IMG/VR virus record: IMGVR_UViG_3300047576_000104
Coordinates: 1-64,000 of that record
Strand: one strand, 5' to 3'
Length of the DNA: 64,000 nt
Source of the DNA: a virus
Lineage: Duplodnaviria > Caudoviricetes
Shown: positions 51,266-62,510 of the stretch, piece by piece
How positions within the stretch are numbered: the stretch's first letter is position 1
Layout of the letters: each line of letters begins with the position of its first letter
Made by a program: the position numbers and the translations under genes
The notes under the pieces: model-generated
Database searches by the model: none
What the model was told of the DNA's origin: nothing
What the model saw: the letters and a program-made list of their open reading frames with translations, nothing else

Positions 51266-54138
51266 ATGTCTGACTGGAGCCCGGAAGCTATCAGCAAGTT
51301 CATCAACACACATGCCTATAAGCTAGATGGCCCGGCCCAGTGGGCAGGAACAGAGCCTAACTCCCGGCATAAGGATTGGGATTCAGCATCGTTCCGGATG
51401 CTCATGGCTGCGTCCTGGCCTTACGATCAGGCGGCTGGTAATCAGTCGATCCCTGCTGTGTGGAAGGCAATCAATGATCGACGAGCCGATTACCTATGCG
51501 ATCGGTACTACCTTCCAGCTACTCCCAGGGATATGCGCATATTCGAGCGGTCAGGTGTTCCTGTTTTTGGCATCGAGTCAAGGCACCCTCTCCGCGATTT
51601 CGATGTGGTGGGGACCAGCATCTCTTACGTTGTTTTGCTAGTTAATTTCACGAAATACCTGTCCATGTCAGGTGTGCCGCTGCGCTGGCGTGACCGTGTG
51701 CCGGAGGAGCACCCCATGATCATGATCGGCGGGCAGGCGTTCTGCAATCCGGAGGCCATGGCCCCGGTAGCCGACTGCATCTTCGTCGGTGAGGCTGAGG
51801 ATGAGCCGGGTAATGGCGGCATTGGGCAGGTCTGCCGGATGATCGAGATGTTCAAGAAGGAAGGTATCTGGAATGAAGATCGTGTCGCTTGCTATCAACG
51901 GCTTGCCCGTACCTTCAACTACCTCTACTTCCCGCGTTTCGTGGATGTGCGATACTCCGTGGGGTCCGGCCTGGACGGAGCCCCTACCAAGGCCGTATCC
52001 GGATATTCCAGCCAGCTAGACGGGATGCGGATGCCGTTCCGCAAGCGGCACGTCATCGACCTGGACAAGATCAAGCCGCTGGACGATCCGCCGCTGCTGT
52101 ACGTCGATCCGTCACTGGGCTCGGGTGATTTGGAAGCTCAGCGGGGTTGTCCGGCTTGGTGCAGCTTCTGCAGACTTTCTTTCGCGCAGAAGCCCCCCCG
52201 GCAACGCTCGGTGGGGTTCCTGACAGAGTTTGCGCAGCGGCTACAGCGCAATGTTGGTGGTGTGGAGATTAGCCCGTTCGGTCCAGATTGGCCATTTGTT
52301 ACCAACAAGAACCAGGTTCTTAAGTCGTTGCTAGAGAATGTCACTGACAAGACAGATACCGTGGCTCAGCGAGTTGACGACTTTATCAGTGATGAAACAT
52401 ATCTAGTCCTTCAGGCAGTTGGAGGTGCACGCTCTATTACCCTCGGGCTTGAGGGCGTTAGTCAGCGGATGCGTGACTTGGTTGGCAAGGCCACGTCTGA
52501 CGCTGAGGTGCGCGAAGCTGTCACTCGTGGCATCCGCGCAGGGTTCAAGAAGTTCAAGCTGTTCATGATCGTCGGCCTGCCGGGGGAGGACACCGGGGAC
52601 GTGGCCAGGATCATGCAGTTGGCCCGTGACCTGGCAGACATTCGTGATTCGCTGGCTACTGACAAGGTGCAGATCCAGTTCAGCTTCACGCCGCTGCTAT
52701 ATGAGGCGCAGACTCCTTTCCAGTGGTTCCCTACGTGGCCGGTGCCGGACCATGACCTGATTGACGTGGCCAATGAGCTGAAAGAGCTGAAGATCTTGTT
52801 CAAGATTGGCACTAAGGCCGAGACGAATAAGGTTCACTTCTTCCAACTCTGCCAGAGGGCCAGCCGGGACGCGGGCGAGGCCATTATCGATGTTCTGGAA
52901 GAGATGGACATGGGCTGCTGGGGAGGCGTGCCCAAGGACATGCAGGCAAGGCTGGATGCTGCCCTGAAGAAGCGACGGCTTTGTTAATGGGTTCGGTGAT
53001 CTGTTCGGGGAGCGTGACCGTGGGGACATGCTCGGCTGGGAGTTCATCGATACGGGCATCAGCCGGGACCTGTTGTGGAACACGTTCGTCAAGATGCGCG
53101 AGTTTGCTGAGCGCACTGATAGCGCTACCTACGATACGAAGTTTGATGAGAGGTACCATGGGCAAGAGTGGATCGACCGATGTGACGAACGCTGTATGGG
53201 CCAGTCATGCGGCGTATGCACGGGAGAAGATCTGCGACTGCGGAAGTCATATCTTGGAGCGGCAACTGCCGACCGGGCTGTATCGGTGCGGGATGTGCAA
53301 GCCGGTCGATCAGACCACCGTTGCCGTACGTGTCCGCGCTAGGCTGGCACGTCCTGCCGAGTTCCGCTACGCCGACAACGGATTCAGGCGACACCTGCTG
53401 CGGCGTGCCGGATACCGGGCTCAGGAACTGCTCGGCGGGCCGTGTGTGTCCAAGAATGCCATCTGGTTCGCTTCCGATGCCCATGGTTACCGGGACTGGA
53501 CCTTCGGCACTGATTACGTGGACTTCGGCCTGACGCGGCGCATCCGCAGGCTGAACAATGCCGAGCATGACTGGATGATGAAGCTCCGGACTGAGCTGGC
53601 ACCGTGGCTGGAGCTGAAGGAGTGGCAGGTCTATCCGGCTACGGTGTCCATGCGGTCAGCGTCGGGGGCCAGCCTGCACGAGCTGGAGATCAATGACGCT
53701 CCCGATACGGTTCGCGCCCGGCTTCGTGACTGGGAGATGTCCGAGCACGTGAAGCTCCTGATAAGGCAGGAGGGGTCCTACTTCGCGGCGGCCACCGAGG
53801 AGGTCAACGCGAAGGACTACGTGGATGACCTCTGGCTGGTGCGGGACGGCACCCGGCTGCTGCTGAAGATGCTCGCCAGGCACCGGGCAGGTCCGTACCA
53901 GGTGTACCAGGCGCTCATGAGCAAGCCGAGCTGGATCGAGGCGGCCCAGTTCCCGGCCCGCACCCTGGACGTGTTCTCGTGCCGTGATGAGTTGGAAGGG
54001 AGAGTGTGCCCGCGCTGCGGCAACTCTCTCCCGGAATCACTGATAGGCATCCAGTGGGATGGTGTCTACTGCGCACGGTGCAAGGATGAGCGGGCCAGGA
54101 TCGTCCTGGCCGGCCTGACGAGGGAGACAGTCGGATGA
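51266..54138 (+). CDS. Radical SAM protein, TIGR03960-like, fused to a TIGR03936/DUF2344-like domain; frameshifts near 52975 and 53295
   Basis: FGIESRHPLRDFDVVGTSISY, GGQAFCNPEAMA...GEAE, RGCPAWCSFC (CxxxCxxC), SQRMRD..GK, KLFMIVGLPGE, TPFQW, WEFIDTGISR..LW, CGVC, then RARLARPAEFRY...LLRRA. Confidence 0.82.
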
Positions 54139-54446
54139 TCGCAGTAGTAGGACCGCAGGAGCTCCGGGCGGCAGCGGAGTTGATCCGTACCAAGGGCCAT
54201 TGCAAGCACGAGCTGCACGATGATGAAGGACGGTACTGTGCGGTAGGAGCCATTTTTGCTGTGACTGCTGGCCTTGATTCGCTGCCGCCGTTTCTGAATA
54301 GCATTTCCGGTGAGCTGTTTCCTGGACAGTTTGAGTACGGGCAGGAAAATCTCGTGTGCTTCAACAATCACCCGGACACCACGGCAGAGGATGTCATATC
54401 CGTGCTGGAGAAGGCAGCGGCTCGGCTGGAGGAGGCAGTCCTGTGA
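54135..54446 (+). CDS. Conserved phage protein (DUF6197-like)
   Basis: LRAAAELI..KG.C...GRYCAVGAI...FNNHP.TTAEDVI.VLEKAA. Confidence 0.65.
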   Translation: MIAVVGPQELRAAAELIRTKGHCKHELHDDEGRYCAVGAIFAVTAGLDSLPPFLNSISGELFPGQFEYGQENLVCFNNHPDTTAEDVISVLEKAAARLEEAVL

Positions 54447-55591
54447 CGGACCGGGAGACTCTCGGGAAGCTGCTGGCCAAGCGCGCTCGTGTCCGGGTGC
54501 AGAATCCGGTGATCGAGTCTGCTGTGTGGGAAGGCACCATCATCGCGCTGGCTGACACACCGGGCATCATCATAGAGTGCGATGACGGTCTCCGGATCGA
54601 TCTCCCGCAGTCGTTCAAGGTTACCGAGGTGATTCGTGTGACAGAGTATGGCAGCTGGCTTGAGATGCGCCAGCGGCAGGCGGAACTAGCTATGGAGAGC
54701 AACGTGAGTTTCAGCGGCAGGCCACAGGCGTGGACAACATCATGTGGGACGCCGAGCCCTGGTGGCACGTTGTGCTCGTTCCCGCCGCATAGTGCGCCGG
54801 GAGGTAGCGCATTGCATTCGTGGTCGGTTCCGGAGGTCTATGGCACGGACGCAGAGGTGCAGGCGGCGTTCGCGCAGCCAGCTCCGAAGCACAACGACGG
54901 CCCGTCCATGCATGATCTGGTGATCAAGGACATCCTGTCGCGTGACCTGCAGTGGGACTTGTCGGTTGGTTCAGCCAGGCACATCAGGGATCAGGTGGCT
55001 GAAGATCTGCTGGCCCGCAAGGCGTTCGGCCTGGACAAGTACAAGACGATCCTTCAGACCGGTAATGGCCGGAGCTTTCTCCTTGACCTGTACCAGGAGC
55101 TGATGGATGCTGTGTGCTACGCACGGGGCAGGCTCCTGGAAGTGCCAGAGGACGGCTTGGAGTGGCTGATCTTGTTCGAGATCTACGATCACGTGGCGAC
55201 AGACCTGGTGACGCTTCGGAGGCTGCTGAACGCGGCGGAGGCTAGCACCGAAAGCTTATCCGTGCGCTCGGTGTCGCTAGGTGGGAGGCAGGCCGTGGCA
55301 GACAGCGACTTCTCGAAGACGTGGCAGGAGATGCCTGGAGGCCAGGACATCGGTGACCAGTACATCATGGAGCCTGGCGCAGACACTGCGTTTGAGTGCT
55401 TCATGGAGACGGCGAGAGATGCCTTTGACCGGCTGCAGGCGCGTCGACACGAGGGCAGGTTCGCTCACCTCACTGGCCAGGTCGGCCGTGGGTTCGAGCG
55501 TCCGGTTGATGACGGAGAGCCGACCTGCTACCGGAGTGGCATAGGAGTCATGGTTCATGGTCCTGGCTGTCATTGCGAGAGCACTTCGTGA
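54443..55591 (+). CDS. Composite ORF containing an all-alpha NTP-pyrophosphatase (MazG-like) domain
   Basis: DLLARKAFGLDKYKT.LQ..NGRSFLLDLYQELMDAVCY; may be several genes merged by errors. Confidence 0.5.
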   Translation: MTDRETLGKLLAKRARVRVQNPVIESAVWEGTIIALADTPGIIIECDDGLRIDLPQSFKVTEVIRVTEYGSWLEMRQRQAELAMESNVSFSGRPQAWTTSCGTPSPGGTLCSFPPHSAPGGSALHSWSVPEVYGTDAEVQAAFAQPAPKHNDGPSMHDLVIKDILSRDLQWDLSVGSARHIRDQVAEDLLARKAFGLDKYKTILQTGNGRSFLLDLYQELMDAVCYARGRLLEVPEDGLEWLILFEIYDHVATDLVTLRRLLNAAEASTESLSVRSVSLGGRQAVADSDFSKTWQEMPGGQDIGDQYIMEPGADTAFECFMETARDAFDRLQARRHEGRFAHLTGQVGRGFERPVDDGEPTCYRSGIGVMVHGPGCHCESTS

Positions 55592-56017
55592 ACATTAGTG
55601 ATTCTGCCAAGTGCCCTGCCTGTGAGGCGATGGTTGAGCCTGAGCAGGACGGGGACCTGATCTACTACCCGTGCGGCTGTGGTTTCGAGTTTAACTACAC
55701 GCGCATACCGCAGCAGGATGAGGCCTGCCAGGCAGGCATACCGGAAGACATTCGCAGGGCGGCGCAGCCTGCGCCTGAGGCTACTAGCCTGCCCCTTCTA
55801 CAGATAGGCAGGCGTCCGTAGTGAGTCTCAGACAATCTATAACTACTCCGCACGGGGTGCTGACTGTTGTTCAGCCCTACGCTTACGTCGCAGACGAATG
55901 GCCGGATGCTTCTCCGGATGTCATGGTGTCTGAGCCGCCGTACGCCCTGCTGAACGACAAGCCCATCACTGCAAAGCGTGCTCGTGAGATCCTACGAGGG
56001 ATGCAAAGGAGCGCCAA

Positions 56018-57151
56018 ATGAATCTTGCGCTCGAATTCCGTCCCCGCAAGTTTTCTGACATAGCAGGCCAGCCATGGGTCAGCCTGGTGCTGGACATGAT
56101 GGTGCGCGAAAATGAGGTGCCAGAAGCTCTGATCTTCCACGGTGTCCGTGGCACAGGTAAGACATCAACCGCGCGAATCCTCGGATCGGCGCTCAACTGC
56201 GAGGAAGCAGGAGAGCGTCCTTGCCTGGAGTGCGGTTCGTGCAAGTCGGTGCGCAGCGGCAATTCGGTTGACGTGATCGAGGTGGACGCGGCTACCAATG
56301 GCCTGGCAGAGGATATTCGTCATTTGTGCGACATGGTGACTTATGACGTCGGAAGTCGCAATCGCGTGGTAGTGCTGGACGAGGCACACGGTGTGACGAA
56401 GAAGGGTTTTGATGTCCTGCTCAAGACATTCGAGGAGCCTCCCCCTCGTGTGACGTTCGTGCTCGTCACCACTGAGCCAGCGCAGATTCCAGAGACGATC
56501 CACAGCAGGGCCACCAGCTTCGGATTCAGGCGAATTGGGTTGAGGCACATCATCGAGCGGCTCGTGATGATCCGTGATGCCAAGGGCCTGATAGTTGAAG
56601 ATGACGTGCTCGCTGCTATCGCTGACCGCGCGGATGGCGGGATGCGCGATGCGATCATGCTGCTCGATCAGGCGTCCCGGGCAGGTGCAGGGACGCTGGA
56701 GCGCTTCTACGCGCAGACTGGAGAGGGTGACTTCGCTCCCGGTCTCTTGTCCATCATGGCGTCAGGCCGCCTGGGTGACTTGTACGAGCACCTGGAGCAT
56801 CTTGTCTGCGAAGTAGGCGACTGCCGATTGATTGCAGCCAGGATTGTCCGTTGCTTGCGGGATATCCTGGTGCTGCACGCGGGAGGCAGTACTGTCATTG
56901 CTCAGGGTGAGGCGCTGGCAGCTCGGATGAGCCTCGCGTCCCGTCTTACGGATGTGCAGGTGGTCGGAGCGATGCGCGTTTTCTGGGACCTGCAAAAAGT
57001 GCAGTCTGGTAATGATCCGCGCATGGTTCTTGATCTTGCCTGCGTGATGGCCAGTGAGGCGTTCGCTCCTCAGCGCCAGGCGGTATCAGTGCCTAGCAAC
57101 GGTCATCGGAAGGCGACCATGAACGACATCACGGCGCTTATCGGATCCTGA
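56018..57151 (+). CDS. dnaX: DNA polymerase III gamma/tau clamp-loader ATPase
   Basis: LALEFRPRKFSDIAGQ, GVRGTGKTSTARI..LNC, PCLECGSC, EVDAATN, LDEAH, LLKTFEEPP, TTEP..IPETIHSR, DGGMRDA..LLDQ. Confidence 0.95.
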   Translation: MNLALEFRPRKFSDIAGQPWVSLVLDMMVRENEVPEALIFHGVRGTGKTSTARILGSALNCEEAGERPCLECGSCKSVRSGNSVDVIEVDAATNGLAEDIRHLCDMVTYDVGSRNRVVVLDEAHGVTKKGFDVLLKTFEEPPPRVTFVLVTTEPAQIPETIHSRATSFGFRRIGLRHIIERLVMIRDAKGLIVEDDVLAAIADRADGGMRDAIMLLDQASRAGAGTLERFYAQTGEGDFAPGLLSIMASGRLGDLYEHLEHLVCEVGDCRLIAARIVRCLRDILVLHAGGSTVIAQGEALAARMSLASRLTDVQVVGAMRVFWDLQKVQSGNDPRMVLDLACVMASEAFAPQRQAVSVPSNGHRKATMNDITALIGS

Positions 57152-57312
57152 GAACCTCGGAGGCCAAGTGGATCCCCTCAGAATACTTTTGGTTAGGTGC
57201 AAGCAGCACGGCAACTGTCCTCTTAAGTTTGTTGTGTTTGCTACGTCAGTTGGTTCAGATCTTCGTAGGGAGAGCTGTTCTGGATGTGGCTGTGCCATGC
57301 TAGAGGTTGTTC

Positions 57313-58323
57313 GTGCCTAGTGGTGAGAACAATCGCAAGCTGTCTGACGCTCAGGTGGATGAGCTGGTTCAGCAGTACCTAACTAGGTTGCCAGATGGCA
57401 CTTGGAAGGGCGCTACTTTGCTGGCTCGTGAATTTGGTGTTAGTCAGCCTGTTGTCTCCAGGTGGCTTCGTATTCGCGGAGTCAGTATTCGCTCAGCGCA
57501 GGAATCACATTCTGGAGGCAAAGCATGCAAGCCAGTTAAGAACCTGCCTGTTGGCGAGCCTCCAGTTTGTAAGTGTGCTTGTGGTCAGTTGACTGCGTGG
57601 AATCGTCGTAAGAATAGGTGGAATGTCTATGTGCCAGGGCACTATGTAGGGTCTCAGCGTGTAAATAAAGGGAATACTGGCGGCGTTGGCCGTGGGGCAA
57701 ATAAGGGTCGGGCCGACGATCTTCTTTACAAGGATAGGGTTTGGCTAGACAGAGAGTATACTATCCTCTGTCGGAGTTCGGCTGATATAGCTAGGCAGTT
57801 CGGTGTTTCTTCTGGTTCCGTGCGTAGGTATCTAGATAAGTTTTCTATTCCCAGGATCGTGGATAATTCCAGGAAGGGCAGGAGCGGTCCCGATAACGCT
57901 GCTTGGCGTGGTGGCGTGTCTGAGTTTGAGTACTGCTCTGACTGGAAGGCACTAGCAAGGTCTATCAGGCAGCGAGATAAGTACACGTGTCAGGACTGCG
58001 GTGAGTGCCGTAAGAACTGGGGCATTGCTCTGCACGTACATCACATCGATTGGGACAAGCAGAACAACGATCGTAGCAATCTGGTATCACTCTGTACGGT
58101 GTGTCACAGGGTCCGGCACGGCGGGAAGCGTCTCCCCAAGACACAGCTAGGTAAGGTGCCGTACGCCGTAGACAAGACTTGTCATCAGTGCGGTAGTACA
58201 TTCATGTCCAATCGATACGACAAGACCAGGCACTGTTCTCAGTCGTGTGCGGCTACGTGCCAGCACGCAGGGCTTTGTCCGGCTAAGGGGGTGGTTAACG
58301 GTGCGTATACTTCTAGTCTCTAA
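57313..58323 (+). CDS. HNH homing endonuclease with HTH/Zn modules
   Basis: [13 protein letters not shown]...[26 protein letters not shown]; AT-richer than flanks. Confidence 0.88.
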   Translation: MPSGENNRKLSDAQVDELVQQYLTRLPDGTWKGATLLAREFGVSQPVVSRWLRIRGVSIRSAQESHSGGKACKPVKNLPVGEPPVCKCACGQLTAWNRRKNRWNVYVPGHYVGSQRVNKGNTGGVGRGANKGRADDLLYKDRVWLDREYTILCRSSADIARQFGVSSGSVRRYLDKFSIPRIVDNSRKGRSGPDNAAWRGGVSEFEYCSDWKALARSIRQRDKYTCQDCGECRKNWGIALHVHHIDWDKQNNDRSNLVSLCTVCHRVRHGGKRLPKTQLGKVPYAVDKTCHQCGSTFMSNRYDKTRHCSQSCAATCQHAGLCPAKGVVNGAYTSSL

Positions 58324-59558
58324 TGCCCCATGGGCATGCACTGGTTATTTATGGCACTCAGATTAGCCAGTTGGCTATCAGGCTGAAAGCTGCCGGTCAT
58401 AAGGTGGCCCTGTTCGCCAATCATGGACTCAGTGGCGGAAAGACCGAGTGGAACGGCATACCTGTTTACCCCTCTGCCATTGATCCCTCTGGCAGCGATG
58501 TCCTTCACGGTCATGCCAATGACTGGAAGGCTGACGTGGTGATCATCTTGTACGATGCGTTCGCCATGAACGGTCAGGTCATTGGGCGGCTGTCACAGCA
58601 TGTCTGCTTCTGGCAGCCAGTGGACTGTGAGCCGCTCGGTCGGGGAGACAGGGAACAGCTTAACGCTTCGGGTGCTCGGACCATCGCCATGAGCAGGTTC
58701 GGTGCGCGGATGCTGAAGGAAGGCCGGGAAGGTGTTGGGCTGGATCCTATGTACGCGCCGCACGGGATCGACACGGAGAACTTGTTCGTGCCAGCGGAGC
58801 AGCAAGTGACGAGCAACTTCGTTGTTTCAAGGGAGAGGGCTAAGAACATTCTGCGTGAGCAGGAGAACATCCCGGAGGATGCTTTCGTGATCGGGATGAA
58901 CTTCCACAACAAGGACTCCGAGCGCAAAGCAGCCTGGGAGCAGATGAGCGCGTTCGCTCTCTTCCATCACAGGCATCCCGACACCCTGCTGGTGCTGCAT
59001 ACCATGCCGCATCCGGTGATGAGTGGCCAGGATCTGATCGGCATGGCTGACTTCCTGGGCCTTGGGTCCTGCACCCGGTGGGCGGATCCGTACAGCCTCC
59101 TCGCTGGCAACTACACGCAGGAGGACATGGCAAAGTGGTATGCCCGGCTGAACCTGTACTCCGGGGCGTCTCGCGCTGAAGGATTCGGCCTGCCATTGAT
59201 CGAGGCGCAGGCGTGCGGTGTTCCGGTGGTGACGACCAATGCTTCCGCCATGACAGAGCTGGTTGGCTCTGGCTGGCTGGTGAGCGGTCAGCCTTACTGG
59301 CACAAGGGGCAGCAGGCGACCTGGATTACCCCGGACATAGGGGACCTGGTAGTCGCTTACGAGGAGGCGTACGGCGGTCAGGCTGAGGCCAGGTCGGATG
59401 CCGCCCGTACGTTCAGCAAGAGGTTTAATGCCAACGTGGTGTTTGATATCTACTGGAAGCCGATCCTTACTCAGCTAGCAGAGATGCTTGAAGAGGGCGT
59501 TCTCCGAGACGCTGACCAGCAGCGAATCGTGCGGAGCGCAGCAGGGCAGTCAGGGTGA
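58301..59558 (+). CDS. GT-B glycosyltransferase (GT4); frameshift near 58350
   Basis: [18 protein letters not shown]; PHGIDT; [20 protein letters not shown]. Confidence 0.9.
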
Positions 59559-59783
59559 TCAGCAGTAAGATGGCAGAAAGCCTATCTCGATAGGAGTTGC
59601 TGTGACAGATACGCCTGAGCCGGAGGTTATGTGCCCAGAGGGCTGCGGGTGTCGTCTTGGCACTGAGGACGCTGACGCTCGTGAGTGTGGCTGTGACGGC
59701 CCCTGTACTGGTGAGACTGAGCCGCAGCCTGAGGTCAGGCATGTCTCTGATGGGGACTTCGGCTTCGGGGTGGCTGGACTACA

Positions 59784-60221
59784 ATGACAGGCGCGGCGGT
59801 TACTTCCGGTGCCGGCAAGGATCTGGTCTTCAGCCAGAGGCCGCAGGATCTTCCTGATGCCAAGTACGCCATGTGGGATGCCCTGATCACGGACATGCGC
59901 CGGGAGTCCGCCGCACTGCCCATGAACACCATGATGACGCTGCTGATCGAGCGCATCGCCACCATGTACGTGATGGTCAGGTTCCGTGAGGATGCCGGGG
60001 AGACGGACTGGGATCAGCTGCGCGGGATGCAGAAGCTCTGGCTCAACTACATGACGGAGTTCGCCTCTCAGTTGCAGCGGAACAGCCAGACCCCTGAGGA
60101 GCGGTTCCTTGCCAGGTTCAAGGCCAGCGTGACTGCTGCGGTGCGCAAGGTAGGCCCGGAAGCCACGGTGCGCGAGCTGCTGCCCGTCCTTGCGGAGGAG
60201 CTGAGTGAGTACGGTGTATGA
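59784..60221 (+). CDS. Hypothetical helical protein
   Basis: 145-aa ORF with coupled ends. Confidence 0.55.
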   Translation: MTGAAVTSGAGKDLVFSQRPQDLPDAKYAMWDALITDMRRESAALPMNTMMTLLIERIATMYVMVRFREDAGETDWDQLRGMQKLWLNYMTEFASQLQRNSQTPEERFLARFKASVTAAVRKVGPEATVRELLPVLAEELSEYGV

Positions 60222-60974
60222 TGCGTAAGAAGTGCAAAGCTTACTGGTGGAGGGGTACCCCGAACTTCGGAGATCTTCTGGCTCCCCTGCTGCTCGATCG
60301 CTACGCCGGCATCAAGGCTGAGTGGGCCCCGATCTGCGGTGCCAGTATTGTATCTGTCGGTTCCATTTTGGAACATGTCGCTCCATTGTGGCCCGGGTAC
60401 ATCATCGGCAGCGGCAAGCTGTACGAAGACAGCCGACTCCACCTGCACACGGGCACTGCGACGATCCTGGGCGTACGCGGGCCGCTCACCGCGAGGCAGT
60501 GCCCGCCCGGTACCCAGATGCTCGGCGATCCCGGTCTCCTGGCGGCCGAGCTGATCGACGACCCGGAGCCAGAAAAAACCTACGACCTCGGCATCGTGCC
60601 GCACTGGTCGGACGCGCATCTCGCCACGGACAAGCGCTTCTTCAGCGATAACTGGCACACCCAGGTTATTGATCCGACTCAGGACCCGATGACGGTCATC
60701 TGCCAGATCAGCCGCTGCCAGAAAATCGTCACGTCCAGCCTGCACGGGATGATCATCGCGGACAGCTTCGGCATCCCGCGCCGGTTCGAGCCCGCCAAGA
60801 ACTGGGATCAACAGTCAGGGCGGCATGTTCAAGTTCCGTGACTACCTGGCGTCGATCGGTGCCCCCTGGGTGGTGGGTGAGCAGACTACGGTCAGTCGTC
60901 TTGCGGTGGCCGACAGATGTTACGAACTCCTGGACGCGTACGACGAGCTGGGCAGGCTGGTGCGCAAGAGATGA
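60218..60974 (+). CDS. Polysaccharide pyruvyl transferase (ExoV-like); frameshift near 60820
   Basis: NFGDLL, VGSIL, GSG, VRGPLT, GDPGLL, LGIVPHW, TSSLHGMIIADSFGIP, then FKFRDY in the next frame. Confidence 0.85.
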
Positions 60975-62423
60975 AACGTTTCTTGGCGTGGATGAAAGGA
61001 CTTTTCTTGAGTCTCACAGGTCTGTTCAACCGGCAGTTTCGGCGTGGGCAGGGTATATCTCTCCTGGTACCGTTCAGGTCAGACGGCGCGCACCGGAACC
61101 CGGGTCTGGGAGTGGCTGCATGCCTACTGGGAGAACGAGCTACCAGGCGCCGAGATCGTCATGGGGCCAGTGACGAGCACAGACCCTTCTGCAAAACAGC
61201 TGCAGTCAACCGGGCATTCCGGGACTCGCATGGTGATGTTGTCGTGATTCTGGATGCTGACTGCTATCTGCCAGGCAGCGTCATCCTCGACTGCGCCAGG
61301 CGCATCCGGAGTGCGCGGCGGCGCGGCAGGAAGCTGTGGTTCATCCCGTATCGTCTGCCGAAAATAAAACACACTCATCACTGACTACTCTCAACCACAG
61401 ATGGCCAGTGATCACGCGTTACGGAAAGAGGGTCTGGCGCACATCAGCTACGCTCGATTCACATGACCGAATCCCTGTCGCAGCTGAATGCGCAGACTTG
61501 CCAACCACAGCTAAGTACAGCGATGACGTCGTCGCTCTGGCCGGGTGGTTCTGGACGGAAGGGCATATCCGACGCGATGTAAGTATTAATATTACCCAGT
61601 CGCAGGACGTTCATCCGGAGAACTGTGCAAAAATCGAGGCATCTCTGACTCGCCTGTTTGGTCCTGAGGTCCGTGTTTCTCCCGGACGGCCTCTCGGTCA
61701 TGCTTCTCCACGTTGGCAGCAAAGCGGTGACCACTTCTTGCTGAACTCCGCAGCAAGCGAGCTGCTGCTTGAGCTGGCCCCCGGAAAAGTTCCAACTCGC
61801 GAATTCTGGTCATCAAAACGTCCATGCTCGGCGACGGTTCGAAAAAAGGAACAGGTCCGCGTAGCCGCAGCGGTGCAGCTCTTGAGCAGAAGAACCCTCT
61901 TGCAGTAGAGGCGTTTGCCTTCGCTCTTATCCTGTCCGGACGAGACGTCTCCCTCACCACCAGAGGGACACCGGCTCAGCGGACAAGATTCAACTACCAC
62001 ATGACTGTCGTGAAGATCCACGAACGAGTACTTCGAGGCATCGTACCGGTTAGCAGGGCAACGCCCCGCGGTATGGATGGAACGTTCGAGAGGGTCAGCT
62101 ACACGGGCGACGTCTGGTGTCCAACAACACCTAACGGAACGTGGCTAGCTCGTCGGAACGGTAAGGTCTACTTCACGGGTAACAGCGAAGACGTCTCGTT
62201 CATGATCGCCGTCGACACGCTGTACACGCTGCACCGTACGACAGGCAACGGCGTGTTCCATCTCTGGCACCCGCACACTGGCACCGAGCACTTCGAGCGC
62301 ATGTGGGAGGGACAGGCTGCTCCGGGTGCTAACAACAAGCTGGCTACCTACTACTCGATGGCACGCGGGCGGTCTAAGAGGATGCGCGCTCTCACTCGCG
62401 AGCCCGGTGCAGGCGAGCTTTGA
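60971..62423 (+). CDS. GT-A glycosyltransferase (GT2/GT7-C-like) interrupted by an intein; several frameshifts and an apparent deletion
   Basis: ISLLVPFR, PFCKTAAVN, GDVVVILDADC; C-extein SEDVSF...FHLWHP. Confidence 0.75.
61360..62183 (+). mobile_element. Intein with LAGLIDADG motifs; N-terminal block A missing
   Basis: TTLNHRW (block B), LAGWFWTEG, MLGDGS, DVWCPTTPNGTWLARRNGKVYFTGN|S. Confidence 0.8.
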
Positions 62424-62510
62424 TCTGTGTGGGCCTGGCATGTCATTTATGATGTGGGTGTGATTAGTGATCCAGGGAACCGGGAGACATGGTACCCCGA
62501 TTGAATAAGC

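Noticed and set aside
57152-57312. Group I intron or ncRNA upstream of the HNH gene
   Set aside because: Explained by a small Cys-containing ORF (~57168-57320); dnaX and the GT4 gene appear uninterrupted.
1080-61830. Many frameshifts (about 1085, 6470, 9760, 30530, 34480, 44240, 47420, 52975, 53295, 58350, 60820, 61100-61170, 61810) as programmed frameshifting or pseudogenisation
   Set aside because: They hit essential genes with intact motifs, share no slippery sequence and vary in size. Consensus errors are the simplest explanation; needs read polishing.
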